From Camelus dromedarius (Eukaryota): DNA of 64,000 bases. Numbering within the stretch: the first letter of the stretch is position 1; the number at the start of each line of letters is the position of its first letter. The stretch covers positions 85,996,001 to 86,060,000 of the forward strand of contig NC_087437.1 of assembly GCF_036321535.1 (NCBI RefSeq). Reading direction: 5' to 3'. Shown here in pieces: positions 50,545-62,919 of the stretch. A program made the translations under genes and the position numbers. A model generated the notes under the pieces. That model was given only the letters and a program-made list of their open reading frames with translations, had not been told where the DNA came from and made no database searches.

Positions 50545-50770
50545 AGTACAGTCTTCAAAGTTATAAGACTTGAGCTTAACTCCTGGTCTTGTTACTTATA
50601 GGCTACATAACCTACAGGAAGGAAAATGATTAAATTTATTAGTACTAGTATCCTCATCTGTAAAATGGATTTTGAAATACCTATTCACAGATCTGTTTCT
50701 AGGAATTGAGTAAAATCAAAAGACTTTACCTAACACTAAAAATATTTAAGAAATAGGTAACTCTTAATAA
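50545..50770 (+). mobile_element. MIR relic
   Basis: agacttgagcttaactcctggtcttgttacttataggct...tcctcatctgtaaaatgga...aatacct. Confidence 0.6.
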
Positions 50771-51737
50771 TGGAATGGTTGTTCTGTAACTAATCAGAGA
50801 AACGATAACCTCTAATCAATAGGAATGTTTAAGTTGAAGATTAAGTTTAAGGAATAGGTGGTTATTTCCATATTCCTTTCCACTTGGCTTATAAATCCAG
50901 ATGTGTCTTTAACCAACATCTATTCTTATCTATTTCTATTTCATCTCCTTTAAATTTTCAGTAATTAATGTAAATTTTGAAAAGCAAAGAAAGGAAAATA
51001 GCACATATATATACATACATATATGTAATTCCTTATAAAATTGGCCTGTTGTGTTAGCATGAAATCACAACTTAAATTTTAAAAGTATATAACCAAATGT
51101 TATCACTAATGTTCTTCCATTAGGAATTTATTCCTTTGTGTTAATAAACCATTGTTTTCAAAATATCTGGGAGATAATTTCATAACAGTCAGACATTCAT
51201 GTATCAATGTAAACAAATGAGGTGTTTCTATTGTTTTGGGGAGAATAGGGGGAGGACATCTGGGAATGACACAAGACCTCATTAAAACAGCTTGAGTAAG
51301 GTTGGTACCTTAGCAAGTAGGAAAATAGGACTGCCAATAGACTTGAAAAGGGAAAAAGGAAAATTGGGGGGGAAAAAAAGCTATTTCACAGTTTTACCTA
51401 GAGGTTTCACAAGCTTGGATTCTAATAGGATCTTTATGTGTGATACTTGCTCATAAGCTGTGAGTAAATCTGCACTGAGTCTACTGAGGGTCTAGAGACA
51501 CCCTCTGTATGAGATACTTCATAACTGGGATGCCCACTGAGCCATTTAGGAACATGGAGAAGAACTGGCATCTCCGGGAATTTCTCACTAATCTTAATTT
51601 TTTGTCTAATCTAATTAAATTTAGTGAATCCTATAATTCAGTGGTCTCTTAGTGGTTAATTCAGTCTCTCTAAGGTTATAGCTTAGTTCCTCAGATTTCT
51701 CTCTCTCTCCTAGTCTACTTCCTGAGATGGCATATTG

Positions 51738-52065
51738 CAAGGGTGGGCCAACTTTATCTGTAAATGGCCAGACAGTATATTTTAGGCTTATTGGCCATCT
51801 AGTCTCTATTGCAGCTACTCAACTCTGCCCCTGCAGCAGGAAAGCAACCATAGACAAGACTGAAATTAATGGATATGGCTGTGTTCCAATCAAACTTTAT
51901 TTACGGATACATTATATGAAATTTTACTTTCATATAATATTCAAGTGTTATAAAATATTGATTTTTGTAACCTTTTAAAAATGTAAAAACTATTCTTAGT
52001 TTACAGGGCATAAAAAATTAGGCAACAGGAAATATTGGCCTATGGCTACAGTTTGCTGACCCCTA
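51738..52065. mobile_element. MER58B (hAT-Charlie MITE)
   Basis: caagggtgggccaactttatctgtaaatggccagacagta...gcagctactcaactctgcc...tggctgtgttccaat...cagtttgctgacccct. Confidence 0.88.
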
Positions 52066-53239
52066 GTAACTGCATAGTGAGTTTGGGCAGCTTGTGACCT
52101 TAGGCACTGAGAGAGGGAGGCTCTCTACTCTTGAGCTAATCCTTGGGTGTGTTAGCCCATGATCACTTCCCCAAAGTTAGCCTAATTGTTCTATGGCTGT
52201 ACCCACATGATCCTAAATTTCTCAGCTTTGTCAGTTCTTACCCCTCCAAGCTGACGCAGCTTCCCTCTACTCCCTGACTCTGCAGACCTGTCTGAGTCAT
52301 TGCTACATCCTTCATCTTATCCTCTGACCGACATTGCTCCCACCATGCTAGGTTCTTTCGTAGGCCTCAAACCAGTGTCCACACGCTCTGCAATTGGAGG
52401 AAGCAAGCACGTGTCACTGAGACCCTCTCTCCACCAAACCAAACCACTCATCCTTTTGACTGTGCCGAGCTACTCACTCTATGTTGGCCAAAAGAGCTCT
52501 GGAGTTTCCTACTGGAGAAACAAATGATGACCAAGGCTATAGCCCTTCTGCTCTTGGTTTTCCTGTTCACATGTGCAGTAAACTTTCTCCCCACTCTGGG
52601 GCTTTAAAGCATTGGAAGTAGATTAAAATCCATCACTTTTGCCCCAACATCACATTCTTCTCCTTTCAGAGAGAGTATTGTCTTCTCTCCTTCCCTGATG
52701 CCAACTAGTGGACAGCTTGCAGGAACAAAATCCATTTATTAATAAGGAAAATAATTTAGCAAATATTAAAAATATTATACCTTTAATATTCAGGGTTTCC
52801 TTGGACAGAAATGAGAAGGTTGAAAATTCTAATAAAAGAGAACAGTATCAGCAAAGAAGAAAGCAAACCAAAGATTGTCAGCAAACACACAGCTTTCATT
52901 CCAAAGTATCATGCTGATTTTATGATTAGGTCCAGAAGTCATCCTAGGATAAAGAAACAATATAATGAGGCAAAAATCACCTTTATGTTAATTACTAACA
53001 GACCTTTTTCCAGATAGCACTGTGGTCAGAAAGTACACTTACTAGGAGAAAAGTAACATTTTATATCATATGCAAACGAGTGTTACAGAAGCACTTTTAA
53101 TACTGGGTTTTGTAATGAAATAGAATAAAACCCATGCTGAAAATTTTTGTTAGTGAGACAGTTTCCTTTCACATGGCCGCAGACTAATAAAAGTAAAAAA
53201 GGAATCTGGCGGTAGTTCAGTAAAGATTTATTTACTAAA

Positions 53240-54410
53240 TCATCATTCGACAAATATTTATTGAGTATTCACCACATGCCAAGCACTACTGCAGGGCCAG
53301 ACATCATGTAGTAAACAAAACAGTGTCAAGCAGGAAACAGAATAAACAAGATAAACAAAGCAAAATTCATATGTGAATAAATGGTGTGTTCTAAGAAGAA
53401 ATTATAAAACAGGAAAAGATTCTATGAAATATGAAGTTAGCCTTTGAAATTTTAGACAGAGTGGCCAGGGAACTCATAGTAAAAATGACTTTTGAATAAA
53501 ATATGAAGGAAGTGAGGGAGCTAACCATGCTGATGTAATAGGGAAGCACACTATGCTGCAAGAGCAGCCAGCACAGAGGACCCGTCCTGAAAATACGTCT
53601 GACGTGTCTGAGAAAGGGCAGGGCAGCCAGAGTTGATGAGGTCCCAAGAGGGAGAAATGAAGGCTGAGGTCATGTGGGGTCAGATCACATGGAGAGAGTC
53701 ACAGTCAGGATTTGGGCTTTGGGCTTTCTGAGTTGGAAAACCATGGAAAAATTTGGTGCAGAGAAGTGACCTAATCTATGATTATTTAATAGGATCATTC
53801 ACCACTGTGTTGATAATAGGCTATAGGAAGACAGGGTTAGAAACAGAGAGGCCAGCTGGGAGCCTGTTACAATAACCAGGTAAGAGATGATGGTGGCCTG
53901 GACTTGTGTGACAGCGGTAGCTATGATGAGAATGGTCAGATTCTGGACGCTTTTAAAGGCACAGCCAAGTGGACTCTCTGGACTTAGATGTGCGGTTCAA
54001 GAGAAAAGGAGTCATCAGGGGTGGCACCAGGTTTTTGGACTAAGAACCTGGAAATAGAAGATCGTCATTTACGGAGATGGCAACAAATTGTTGGAGGAGT
54101 TGGCTTGGAGGATTGCATCAGGAGCTCAGCTTTAGACATGTTAAGTTTTAGAAGCCAGTAACCACATAGATGCAGAGGCCAAGGGGGCCGTCGGAGCTTG
54201 GGAGAGGAATATGGGCCAGATATATAAATGTGTGGATCATCAGTACACAGGTGGAATTTATAGCCTGGAGACCGAACAAGATTAACAAAGGAGAAACAAG
54301 CAAAGAAAAAAAAAATCGTGTAGGAGTGAACAAAAAGGTAGAGGGAAGGCCAGAATGAGTTGTGTGTTAGAAATCAAGTGAAGACAGTACTTCAAGAAGT
54401 GGAGAGACAA
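53240..54410 (-). mobile_element. L2a-type relic (~1.2 kb)
   Basis: tcattcgacaaatatttattgagt...atgccaagcact tail, then body gcagagaagtgacctaatct...taataggatcattcacc...gagatgatggtggcctggac...caggagctcagctttagacatgttaagttt. Confidence 0.85.
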
Positions 54411-54548
54411 CAGATACTGAGACTGGGTATCTATGCTCAAGTTGTTAGGATTTTCTGATTTGCTTCTCTTTCATGAAGTCTTTGGATTAGCTGACGTTCA
54501 ACTACAGCTGGTTATGTTTGAAGACTCACTGAAAGAGTAAAAGTATCT

Positions 54549-54589
54549 GGGATAAAGAAGATATGGTGCATATGTACAATGGAATACTA
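54549..54589 (+). mobile_element. ~40-bp internal L1 ORF2 fragment without a tail
   Basis: ggataaagaagatatggtgcatatgtacaatggaatact closely matches the L1 copies at 18759-18800 and 43351-43390 in this window. Confidence 0.75.
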
Positions 54590-55643
54590 AAAGATCAGGT
54601 GAGCAAGAAGTGTAAATTGGTGTATTTTTCTGTACTTCAACTTAATTTTGTATTTTGAGTGCCCATTTGACCAAAGCATAAAAATAAAATGTTAATCAAG
54701 TCAAGACCATTTCCTTTATTCCAGGGGTTTTGTCATAAACCTAGGGTTCTTAGGTAATGAATGCCTCAGCCTCAAGGAAAGAGGGGATGGTTTTGGTTCT
54801 TACTCATGAGCTCTTCCTGTGTGCATCCACTGAGACAAGCATGTTCCCACCTAATCCTCAGTCACTGACCAAAGCAGGTTGCCTCTGGATTTTAATCCTG
54901 CCCCTTCCTGTAGGAACTCTCCAAGCCTGGAGCTCTCTCCATTACTTATACAGACTCTCAGAGGCACGGGGAACAACCAGCTGCCCTCCCTCGCTGCTGC
55001 AGGTTGTGAGAAATCCTGAGACTGCTCTGTTATCCTAGACATGCCACCCTGCCTGCCTTTTGCCTCCACACAACAGTGGCAACAAGGGGAAGGTCTGAAT
55101 CTTGGGACTTGCTCTGGTACTCACTCTCCACTTACTGTCTCAGGAGCTTCTCCACAAAAAAATGAATAATTAAATTATTTTTATTCCCTTGTACCCCAAG
55201 GACTTGGGCCAACAGTCTAGATATAACTTCACTACATTCCTGCCACCACAGTTAGCTGAGACTTGCCTCTAAGAAAACTCACTCTGGTACAAAAATGGTT
55301 CTCAACTATCTTTGCCGTAAGTCAGCAATGATGTGCGCTGGCTCCCACCTCAATCTTTATCCATGCCTTCTCCTAATAGGATTGTGTCTAGCACTTGAGC
55401 TTCAGCTCAGCTTTCTCCTCAAGTCCACCTTAGCTTCTGTATAACCAATGATGAGCATGTTCTCTTTATAGATACAGGCCATCTACAAATTATCTGTTTT
55501 TCTTATAAACAAGACAAAAAGAAGGGCATCAGTGAAGCTTTTCAGTATTTTCCTTAAAATGGATCCCCTGCAGGACTGAGGTTTAATCCCTCACATTTAC
55601 TGAGGATTAAAGAGCTTCTATAATTCACTAGCAGAAATTATTT

Positions 55644-56241
55644 TGTTAGACAGTTAGACAGAAATGAGTACCGGGCAGGGGGAGAGGAAGGGGGAAGGAG
55701 CAACCTAAAAAATAACAGTACGCCTGCATTCAGGATAAGGGGCTCCAAAAACATACTTTCTCTAAATAAGAGCCAGCAAAGAAGTGGGCTAGAACCGAAC
55801 CCTGCAGCTATGCAGTAGAGAGAAGGACCAGGCTTAACTTGAACCAATACTCATTATAATGTAATTAACGTTGCAGTTTGAGCTCCCCCTATAGGTTTCT
55901 CTGTGTGCATCATGGGTAAGAACATGCACAAAAGGGATGGGCGTGCCTGAGCACAAGGAAACTGAGCTGTCAATCAGCCTGAGCACAAGGAGCCATCAAT
56001 CAATCAATCACGAAAACGCCCCTAAGCCAGGATATGAGAGCAGGAAAAACAAAGGAGCAGCGCCATTCTTCCTCTCTTGGATTGGCCCGTCCCCAGTCCT
56101 TGGGGGTGTACTGTATTTTACGACCTTAACTTTACTAATAAAATCTTCTGTTTATATTACACTTTCTGTCTCTCATTAAAAATTCATTTTTTTCAGGTGA
56201 CGAAGAACAGAGGTAACTTTTTTCTCCCATTCCTGGTAACA
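55644..56241 (+). mobile_element. ERV1-class solo LTR (598 bp)
   Basis: TGTTA...TAACA termini, perfect 4-bp TSD attt (55640-55643 and 56242-56245), and AATAAA at 56137-56142. Confidence 0.9.
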
Positions 56242-57499
56242 ATTTCACAGGTGAGAAGAATCCAGTTAAAACTTTAGGTCTGGAGTTGATCCTCTAAGTT
56301 TTCCATTTCTTAGCTATTTTCCTTTTTACTAAAAATAAGAGTACAGTAGGTGAAAATTAAACTGGATTAAAGCAACTAAAATAATGTACTTTGAAACTCT
56401 ATTTTGTTTTTAAGAAAATGTCATCTGAGTAACCACACTGATTTATTTTCTATGCCTAAAAATTGTTCAATTCTAGGATTATGGAATTTAAAAATTCCTT
56501 GATTCTAATTAATCAGAACATCTTCTTTCACTCAGTCCTGGAAACCGATAAAAAGTTATTAGCTGTCAGAAGCTTTAATGCCAGTTAATTAGAGGCCCTG
56601 ACTCTGTGCCTGCTGATAGTTATTGTGAAGGCTGAAAGGTTAACAAGAACGGGCTGCTACCAACCGCCTTGCCAGGTGTTTTTCCCTGCAGTTAATGGAC
56701 TTGAGCCAACTGAAATTATCACTCTAGAACTAGTCACAGACACTCTTAATCTTCACACAGAAACATTGGTAGGAAAAAAAAAAGTTGGTATTTGTATCAT
56801 TGCTTTTCACCATCATCACATTTGGAACAATTACAAATAAAGTACAGTTAATCTTCCATTTGCAAATGAAGGCCTGATAAATCCAAAAAGAAAGAAAGAA
56901 ACCTTTTAAAATAATTTGCACGTATAACATGTCCCATTAAATAATAATAATCCTTCAATGAAACAGCGTCTTATAAAACCTCTCACACTCTTTTCAAGGC
57001 CGGGTGGTTAAGGACTACGTAGGTATTAACATGTCTAAGTTATCTTAATTGCTGGGTTTGTAAGTCTCAATAGTTGTAACGAAATAATCCGAATCAACAG
57101 ATAGAACTGGAGCCAGTCACAGTGTGTATTTGAGACAGGCACGCTGTTTGGGGGCACTGAATACGTACTTATCCAATCCAAACTGGAGCAGATGGCAGAG
57201 CAAACAGGTAAGCACTTGCTTTATCTTCCAGATATTGTGCTTCACTAATTATCCCTATTTATTTTGGGAACTTCAGAACATCTGTAAAAATCAGATGAAA
57301 GACAAACAGAGGTGACTGAGAAAGGTCTGAATGAAGTGTGAAATTTTAGCGCTTCCATGCTGTCAGTTGAAAACGGAAGGATTTTCACTCTCTGCCAGTT
57401 CTTAGGAATCCTACTGAATTTTAGGTAGCAGCATTTGAAATTAAATACTTAGCTGAAGAAAATACAAAGGAAGAAAATGTTCTAATGTATAAAATCCAA

Positions 57500-58676
57500 A
57501 ATTAAACAAGTGAGAACAAAAGAATGAAAGTATGCTGTATATGAAAGTGAAAATTACCCATGCCCACCCTAATATCAACGTGTTCATCTAGTGCCAAGAT
57601 CTTGGTTTCTAAATACCATTCTCCACATAAAGGAAAAGTGGCCAAGGCAAGAAAAATCTACTGGCAATGCTAAATGTTCTTGTAGTGTCAGAGAGCTAAA
57701 AAGTACTCAATGATTAGTGGGGACCTAACAGAAAAACATAGGGCTAGCTTCAAAGATCTAACTGGCCAAATCTGGGACAATTGGAGTATTTCTTTTTAAA
57801 TAATGAAATATAGTACATTGCATTTTAAAGGAGTCAATAAAATGTATGGGGGCAGGGGAGGGAGGAAAAGTTCTATGTAATACAAGAATGCTAGCCATCA
57901 TATGAAGACGGAATGATAAAATTAGAAAATCAACATTTTGCCAATGACAATGCTATTGACTTGGGCAAGAATCATCAAATGACGTTAAAAACATAAGGTA
58001 AAAGGATTCTCATATTTTCAAAATTTTACCCAACAGATTATTTATTGATTATGAAGAAAAAAAGATATTTTTACAATAATGACAGGATCTTAACCAAGGG
58101 ATCAAAGAAAGCATCACCAGTAATGGTACAAATCAGCATTCTGCTTCTTCTGATACCATGCAGTGGGAAGCTTACAATAACACCTGTGGCTGTGGTATAT
58201 TCCTGCATAAAAATATTTAAATTTAAACTAGTTGTGAGAAGACAAACAAGTTCTAAATTGTAGAATACTTTACAAAACAATTGGCCCAGAGTTGACAAAC
58301 CTGTCAAGTTGTGAAAGACAGGAAAAAAAAAAAAAGGAAAGAAAGAAAAGAAAAAGCAAATGAATGGTTATAGATTAAAGGAGACTCTGGAGACATGACA
58401 ATTAGATGCAAATCGTGATCCTTGATCAGATGCCAAAAAATAAATAATAAAAGCCACATACACTCAACTTATAAAGGACACATGTGGGACAACTGGAGAA
58501 ATTTTCATAGAACTTTGTATCAGATACTGTTGTGATGATACTCAGTTTCTTAGATATGAAAATGATACTGTGTTCATGAAAAAAGGATGTCCTTGTCCTT
58601 GTGAGATACATGTTGAAGTATTCAGAGTAAAGTATCATTAGGTTCGCAACTTAATTTCAAATATTCTAGCAAAAAA
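57500..58676 (+). mobile_element. L1MC4/5-type 3'UTR relic
   Basis: ctagtgccaagatcttggtttctaaataccattctcca...actggccaaatctgggacaatt...gaatgataaaattagaaaatca...tagattaaaggagact...gacatgacaa. Confidence 0.8.
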
Positions 58677-58707
58677 GGAGGTGTTTTTATTAAGGAGTTT
58701 TAATTCC

Positions 58708-59570
58708 CTGTGGAATTAGGGATGATGTACAGGAGTCAGAGAATTATTGGTGACCCAGGTGACCCAAGTTAAAAATAGGCAGGAAAGCAGGTCAATTCAA
58801 AAATACATAGGAGATAACTCTCATCTGAGTGTTCACTGTCCAAAGCTGTAGTGGGAAGAATAATATAAAATCTTACACAATAAACGGATCGCTTATTGGG
58901 TTTCTATTCAAACATTCCTCCTTCTTAATGGCTCTTAAGTTCAACATTTTTGCCTTGTGACAGTCTTTCATTGAGTATAGGTCTACAATACAAATATAAT
59001 ATGAAGTATTTTTAAAAGATATTGAATTTCTAGCATAATAAGCAAAATTTCATGAAATTAATGAGAGTGACATTGGAGATTGCTTGAATCATAAGAATCA
59101 TTATCAAATTAGGAAATGGGCAGTCTATATATCCAGCAGTCAAAGAAGAGAGGTCAGCAAGGATGATAACACAATTTGAAATTTAAAAGGAAATAGTCTG
59201 AATATCAAAGAACCTAGAGAAGCTTTGGAAAAACTGTTGAATAATTTTGTAAAATGATACTCTAAATGATGATCTGCAAAAGCCACACATGAAGTAATTA
59301 TATGTGACAGTTTAGTCAGGAACATCATACCAAGGGAAAAACACTCCTTGTTCCCTACTTAGAATAGTTTTGTTATTCAGATATAAATTGAATATAAGAA
59401 TTTTTTTTCATTTTTTAAGATAAAGTGCCATTACATTTTTTAACAATTTATTATAAGAGTTTGATCTGCTTTTAAATTGGGTTGACTTTCAATGGCCTTT
59501 CTTAAGCACCAATAATTCTCCAATAAACTTCCTATTTTCTGACTCTTGTACATCATCCCTAACTCCACAG
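58708..59570. repeat. Pair of inverted repeats bracketing ~860 bp
   Basis: 58708-58740 matches the reverse complement of 59538-59570 at 31/33. 58739-58752 matches the reverse complement of 59507-59520 at 14/14. Confidence 0.9.
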
Positions 59571-60859
59571 TCCCCACAATGTATCAATTTACCATTCCCC
59601 AGCCTACTTTCCTTCCAGAAGGATAGGCTATTTCCCAGGCTCTCAGAGAACTTACAAATATAAAAATATCTACAGTAAAAATAAAATCTGGTACATGTTA
59701 TAAGAGAAACAGAGTATTATGGAATTCAAAAGAAGATTAAATCATCTTTATTTGAAGGCATCAGTCAGTACTTCTTAAAGGAGTTTGCATCCTAGAAAAA
59801 TGGCTAGGATTTCCACAGAGATGAATTTGAATATATAGTGAATGTCCAGGAAATAATTTATAGTCTACTTTGGCCTGCATAACATATATATATGGAAGGA
59901 GATGTATTTAAGGCTGACAATAAATGTTGGGGCTGGGGCTTGGAAGCCTTGAGTACCAAGCTGAGTTGTTTGGATTTTATACAATGAGGAGCAAGTGAAG
60001 TGATATGATATAATCAGTGTTGTACTCTTTTCTACTTTTTGAAGAATTTGATACAGTTCACTAAAATTTTATAAATTCAATTTCTTCAAACCTCAAGGAG
60101 AAAGCGATTTAATTTTCTTTACAGCCATTATTTCCATTGATTACTCTAAAGGAAAATGTATATATTTCAGTCAATTCTCAATTATCTGCACAACATGGGA
60201 GCACTGGCAAGAATTAGTCCAAAATCCTAAGATCATATTGTTGGACTGGGACTATGACCTGATTTCCAGAAGCAAGAAAAACTGCTATGAGGAGCAGGTT
60301 CATAGAACTTCTGGGCAGCAAACAAACAGAGAAGCCTGTCTCTATGGGGAATTATCCTGCTGCCATGTGAATGTTAGTGTCTGGTCAATCCACTCAAAGC
60401 TTTGATCTTATGCCCCTTCACAAGTGTTTCATCCAGAGGACTAGGGTGAATCCAGATAAAGGTGGTATAAAACATATCACATATTTTCAATAGAAAAATA
60501 ACATGGAGCACAGATGATCCATGTATAAACAGCCAACAATGCAAAACACTGAAATTCTACTAAATAGTACCAGCAAATATTCACTCTTCAATACTTTGAG
60601 TATGATTGAAGATAATAAAGAAATAAAATTATTCTAAACTACTCAGGCATTTGCATCTCCTCTGTATCTTATTGCTGATTCATTTATTCATTCATCAAAC
60701 ATTCACTGGAGCACCAGCTATGCAAAAGGCATTGCTATGAAGTGTGAAAAGCAATGTCCCTAATTATTTCCACTTTCCCAAGACTAGACTGTTATAATTC
60801 AATGTAGGTTTACAATTCTAAAATGGAAGTTTTACATTCAGATAGCTATACAGCTTAAA

Positions 60860-61105
60860 TTTCTCTAGCATTGTCTCAGATGTTGAGGCTCCAGACTCAT
60901 ATCTAAGTTTTCCATTTATAAGCTGTGCTAGGTCAGGGAAGTTATATATCTCTCCCAGGGTCATTTTCTCATCTGCGAAATAAAAATAATACAAGCCCAC
61001 AGTCCATAAGGTTGCTGAGAAAATGAGTGAGATTAGGCTTATGAAATATTTACAGTCTAACCTTAGCAATAACTCAATAAATGTTACTTATGATTATTAT
61101 TTGTA
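60860..61105 (+). mobile_element. MIR SINE
   Basis: ccatttataagctgtg...gggaagtta...cattttctcatctgcgaaat...ataaggttgctgagaaaatgagtgaga...actcaataaatgtta. Confidence 0.75.
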
Positions 61106-62369
61106 ATTGTTATTATTGGAATAAAGTCATGCTATTATTGAAAGTACTATTATTAGACGATCAGAATGAAGTTTTAAGTATTTAAATTATTCTTAAAAAC
61201 ACAAAGATTCAATATGAATGTATTTTTCTTGTAGCAAGAATGGGAAAAAAAAAAAGGAGTTTGTATTTATAGCTTCAAACTACAGAAAGGAATAGTTATT
61301 AAACTGAAAGAAACCAGAGGGACTCAAAAGGCCTAAATACCCCCTCTTTGGGATTAGGGTTGCATGAAGTCACTCTTCCTAATAATTAGAGGGGACAGGT
61401 TCACCTATAAAGCATGGGCCAAACAAAAAATGAACAGATCCACTGTCAGACACCTTGAGAAATAAAATTATTCAGATGTTCAGACCAGACACCTAAGGCA
61501 CAGATGCATTTTATAAACTCGTCACAGTTGTGCTGGCAATAAAGTCCACGCCTGCCTTTTATTTATTTTCCCCGCTTTGGTGCTTGCTATCAGCTATTGT
61601 ACGTGCTCTTTTTCGAACGTATTTGGTATCTGTGGGGCAAATGTTTTCATTCTGCTCAGTGAACTGTGCTGAAACACCTCTTTCTGAAACCCTTCATGAC
61701 TGCCTTTGAAGGCATTTAGGCCTCTACAGCATCTTCAATTAAAGAGAACTTATACAGGGAAGCATTAGCCCTCATCCCACCACCCCAACCCAGGTGCTTT
61801 CTAAATCTCCTGCTGAGTATGAGCTATCATCTTGTTATTAATAAAACCAATACTCTATACTTGCCTTTTCCTCACTTCCATAAAGCTGCTAGTTCTGGAA
61901 TGTCCTAACATGCAAAGAGAAAGTTAAAACTACTCAATGGTGGAGAAATATGTATCTTAGGCTGTTGTGGCTTTTGTTTTGTTTTGTTTTGTTGGAAGCA
62001 ATAAAAATAGCTTTAAATAAAGAATACATGGCACTGTAGTCACAAAGGTTAGAACAAGTTGCTTCTAGGTAACTTTTTCTATTTAACTGTCTTTTCCAAC
62101 CTCAAGTTATTCCAGACCATCAGGTAAGATAGAGTACCTATGCCAGACATCCCTGACCTTACATGTATTTCCTTTTCTTCTCCTGAAACCTTTCACCTGG
62201 GACTTTATCCTGCCATTTCTAACAGATAAATGGGGGAAAACTCAAGTGCACATTCTCAACACCTACCTGGTTGTTACATTCTGTATACTTCTGGAATCAT
62301 CACATGGTAAGATGGGAAGTTAAACAACACTCTCCTAAATACAGATGATAAATGGAAATCTGTTTTAGT

Positions 62370-62830
62370 GGTTGGGGGTGAAACCTAGATACCAAACCCA
62401 GTCTCAAATCTTTAGCTGAGTAAACTTGAACAAGGTAGCCAACTCCCCTGACTCCATTTACCCACCTATGAAATAGGGATAAAAATATCTTACAGGATTG
62501 TTGTGAGGATAGATGTGATAATTTATTTTTAAATGTGTTAGTTTTGTCATGCCTGGCATTTAGTAAGCATTCACTAATTTGTGGCTATTATTCTAGAGCT
62601 CTCTTCATTTTCTCATGTTCCAGTTATAAACATAGACTTTCAAGTCAGCCAGACCTAGGTTCAAATAATACTATGTAGTATAAGATATTTGCAATAGGCT
62701 TCACCCTCCTGAATCTCAATTTATTCATCTGTTTTCTCAAAAATGTTTTGAGGACTAAATGAACTACTGACCATAGAATACCTAATGTACAACCTAGAAC
62801 TTAATAGTTACTCTGTAAGTGGTGGTTTCT
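62370..62830 (+). mobile_element. Two tandem MIR relics (~62370-62595 and ~62630-62830)
   Basis: First: ctatgaaatagggataaaaatatcttacaggattgttgtgaggat...tgcctggcatttagtaagcattca. Second: cagacctaggttcaaat...ctgaatctcaatttattcatctg...tgaggactaaatga. Confidence 0.7.
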
Positions 62831-62919
62831 CCCCTCATTTCCATTAATATATATCTCAGCTAATATATAAATGTGGTCAATATATAATCATCATAAATCT
62901 AAATAGTAATGTTCACTGG

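Noticed and set aside
58700..58712. piggyBac-type end (TTAA near CCC) for the inverted-repeat element
   Set aside because: TTAA is not adjacent to CCC, and the right end has no GGG-TTAA.
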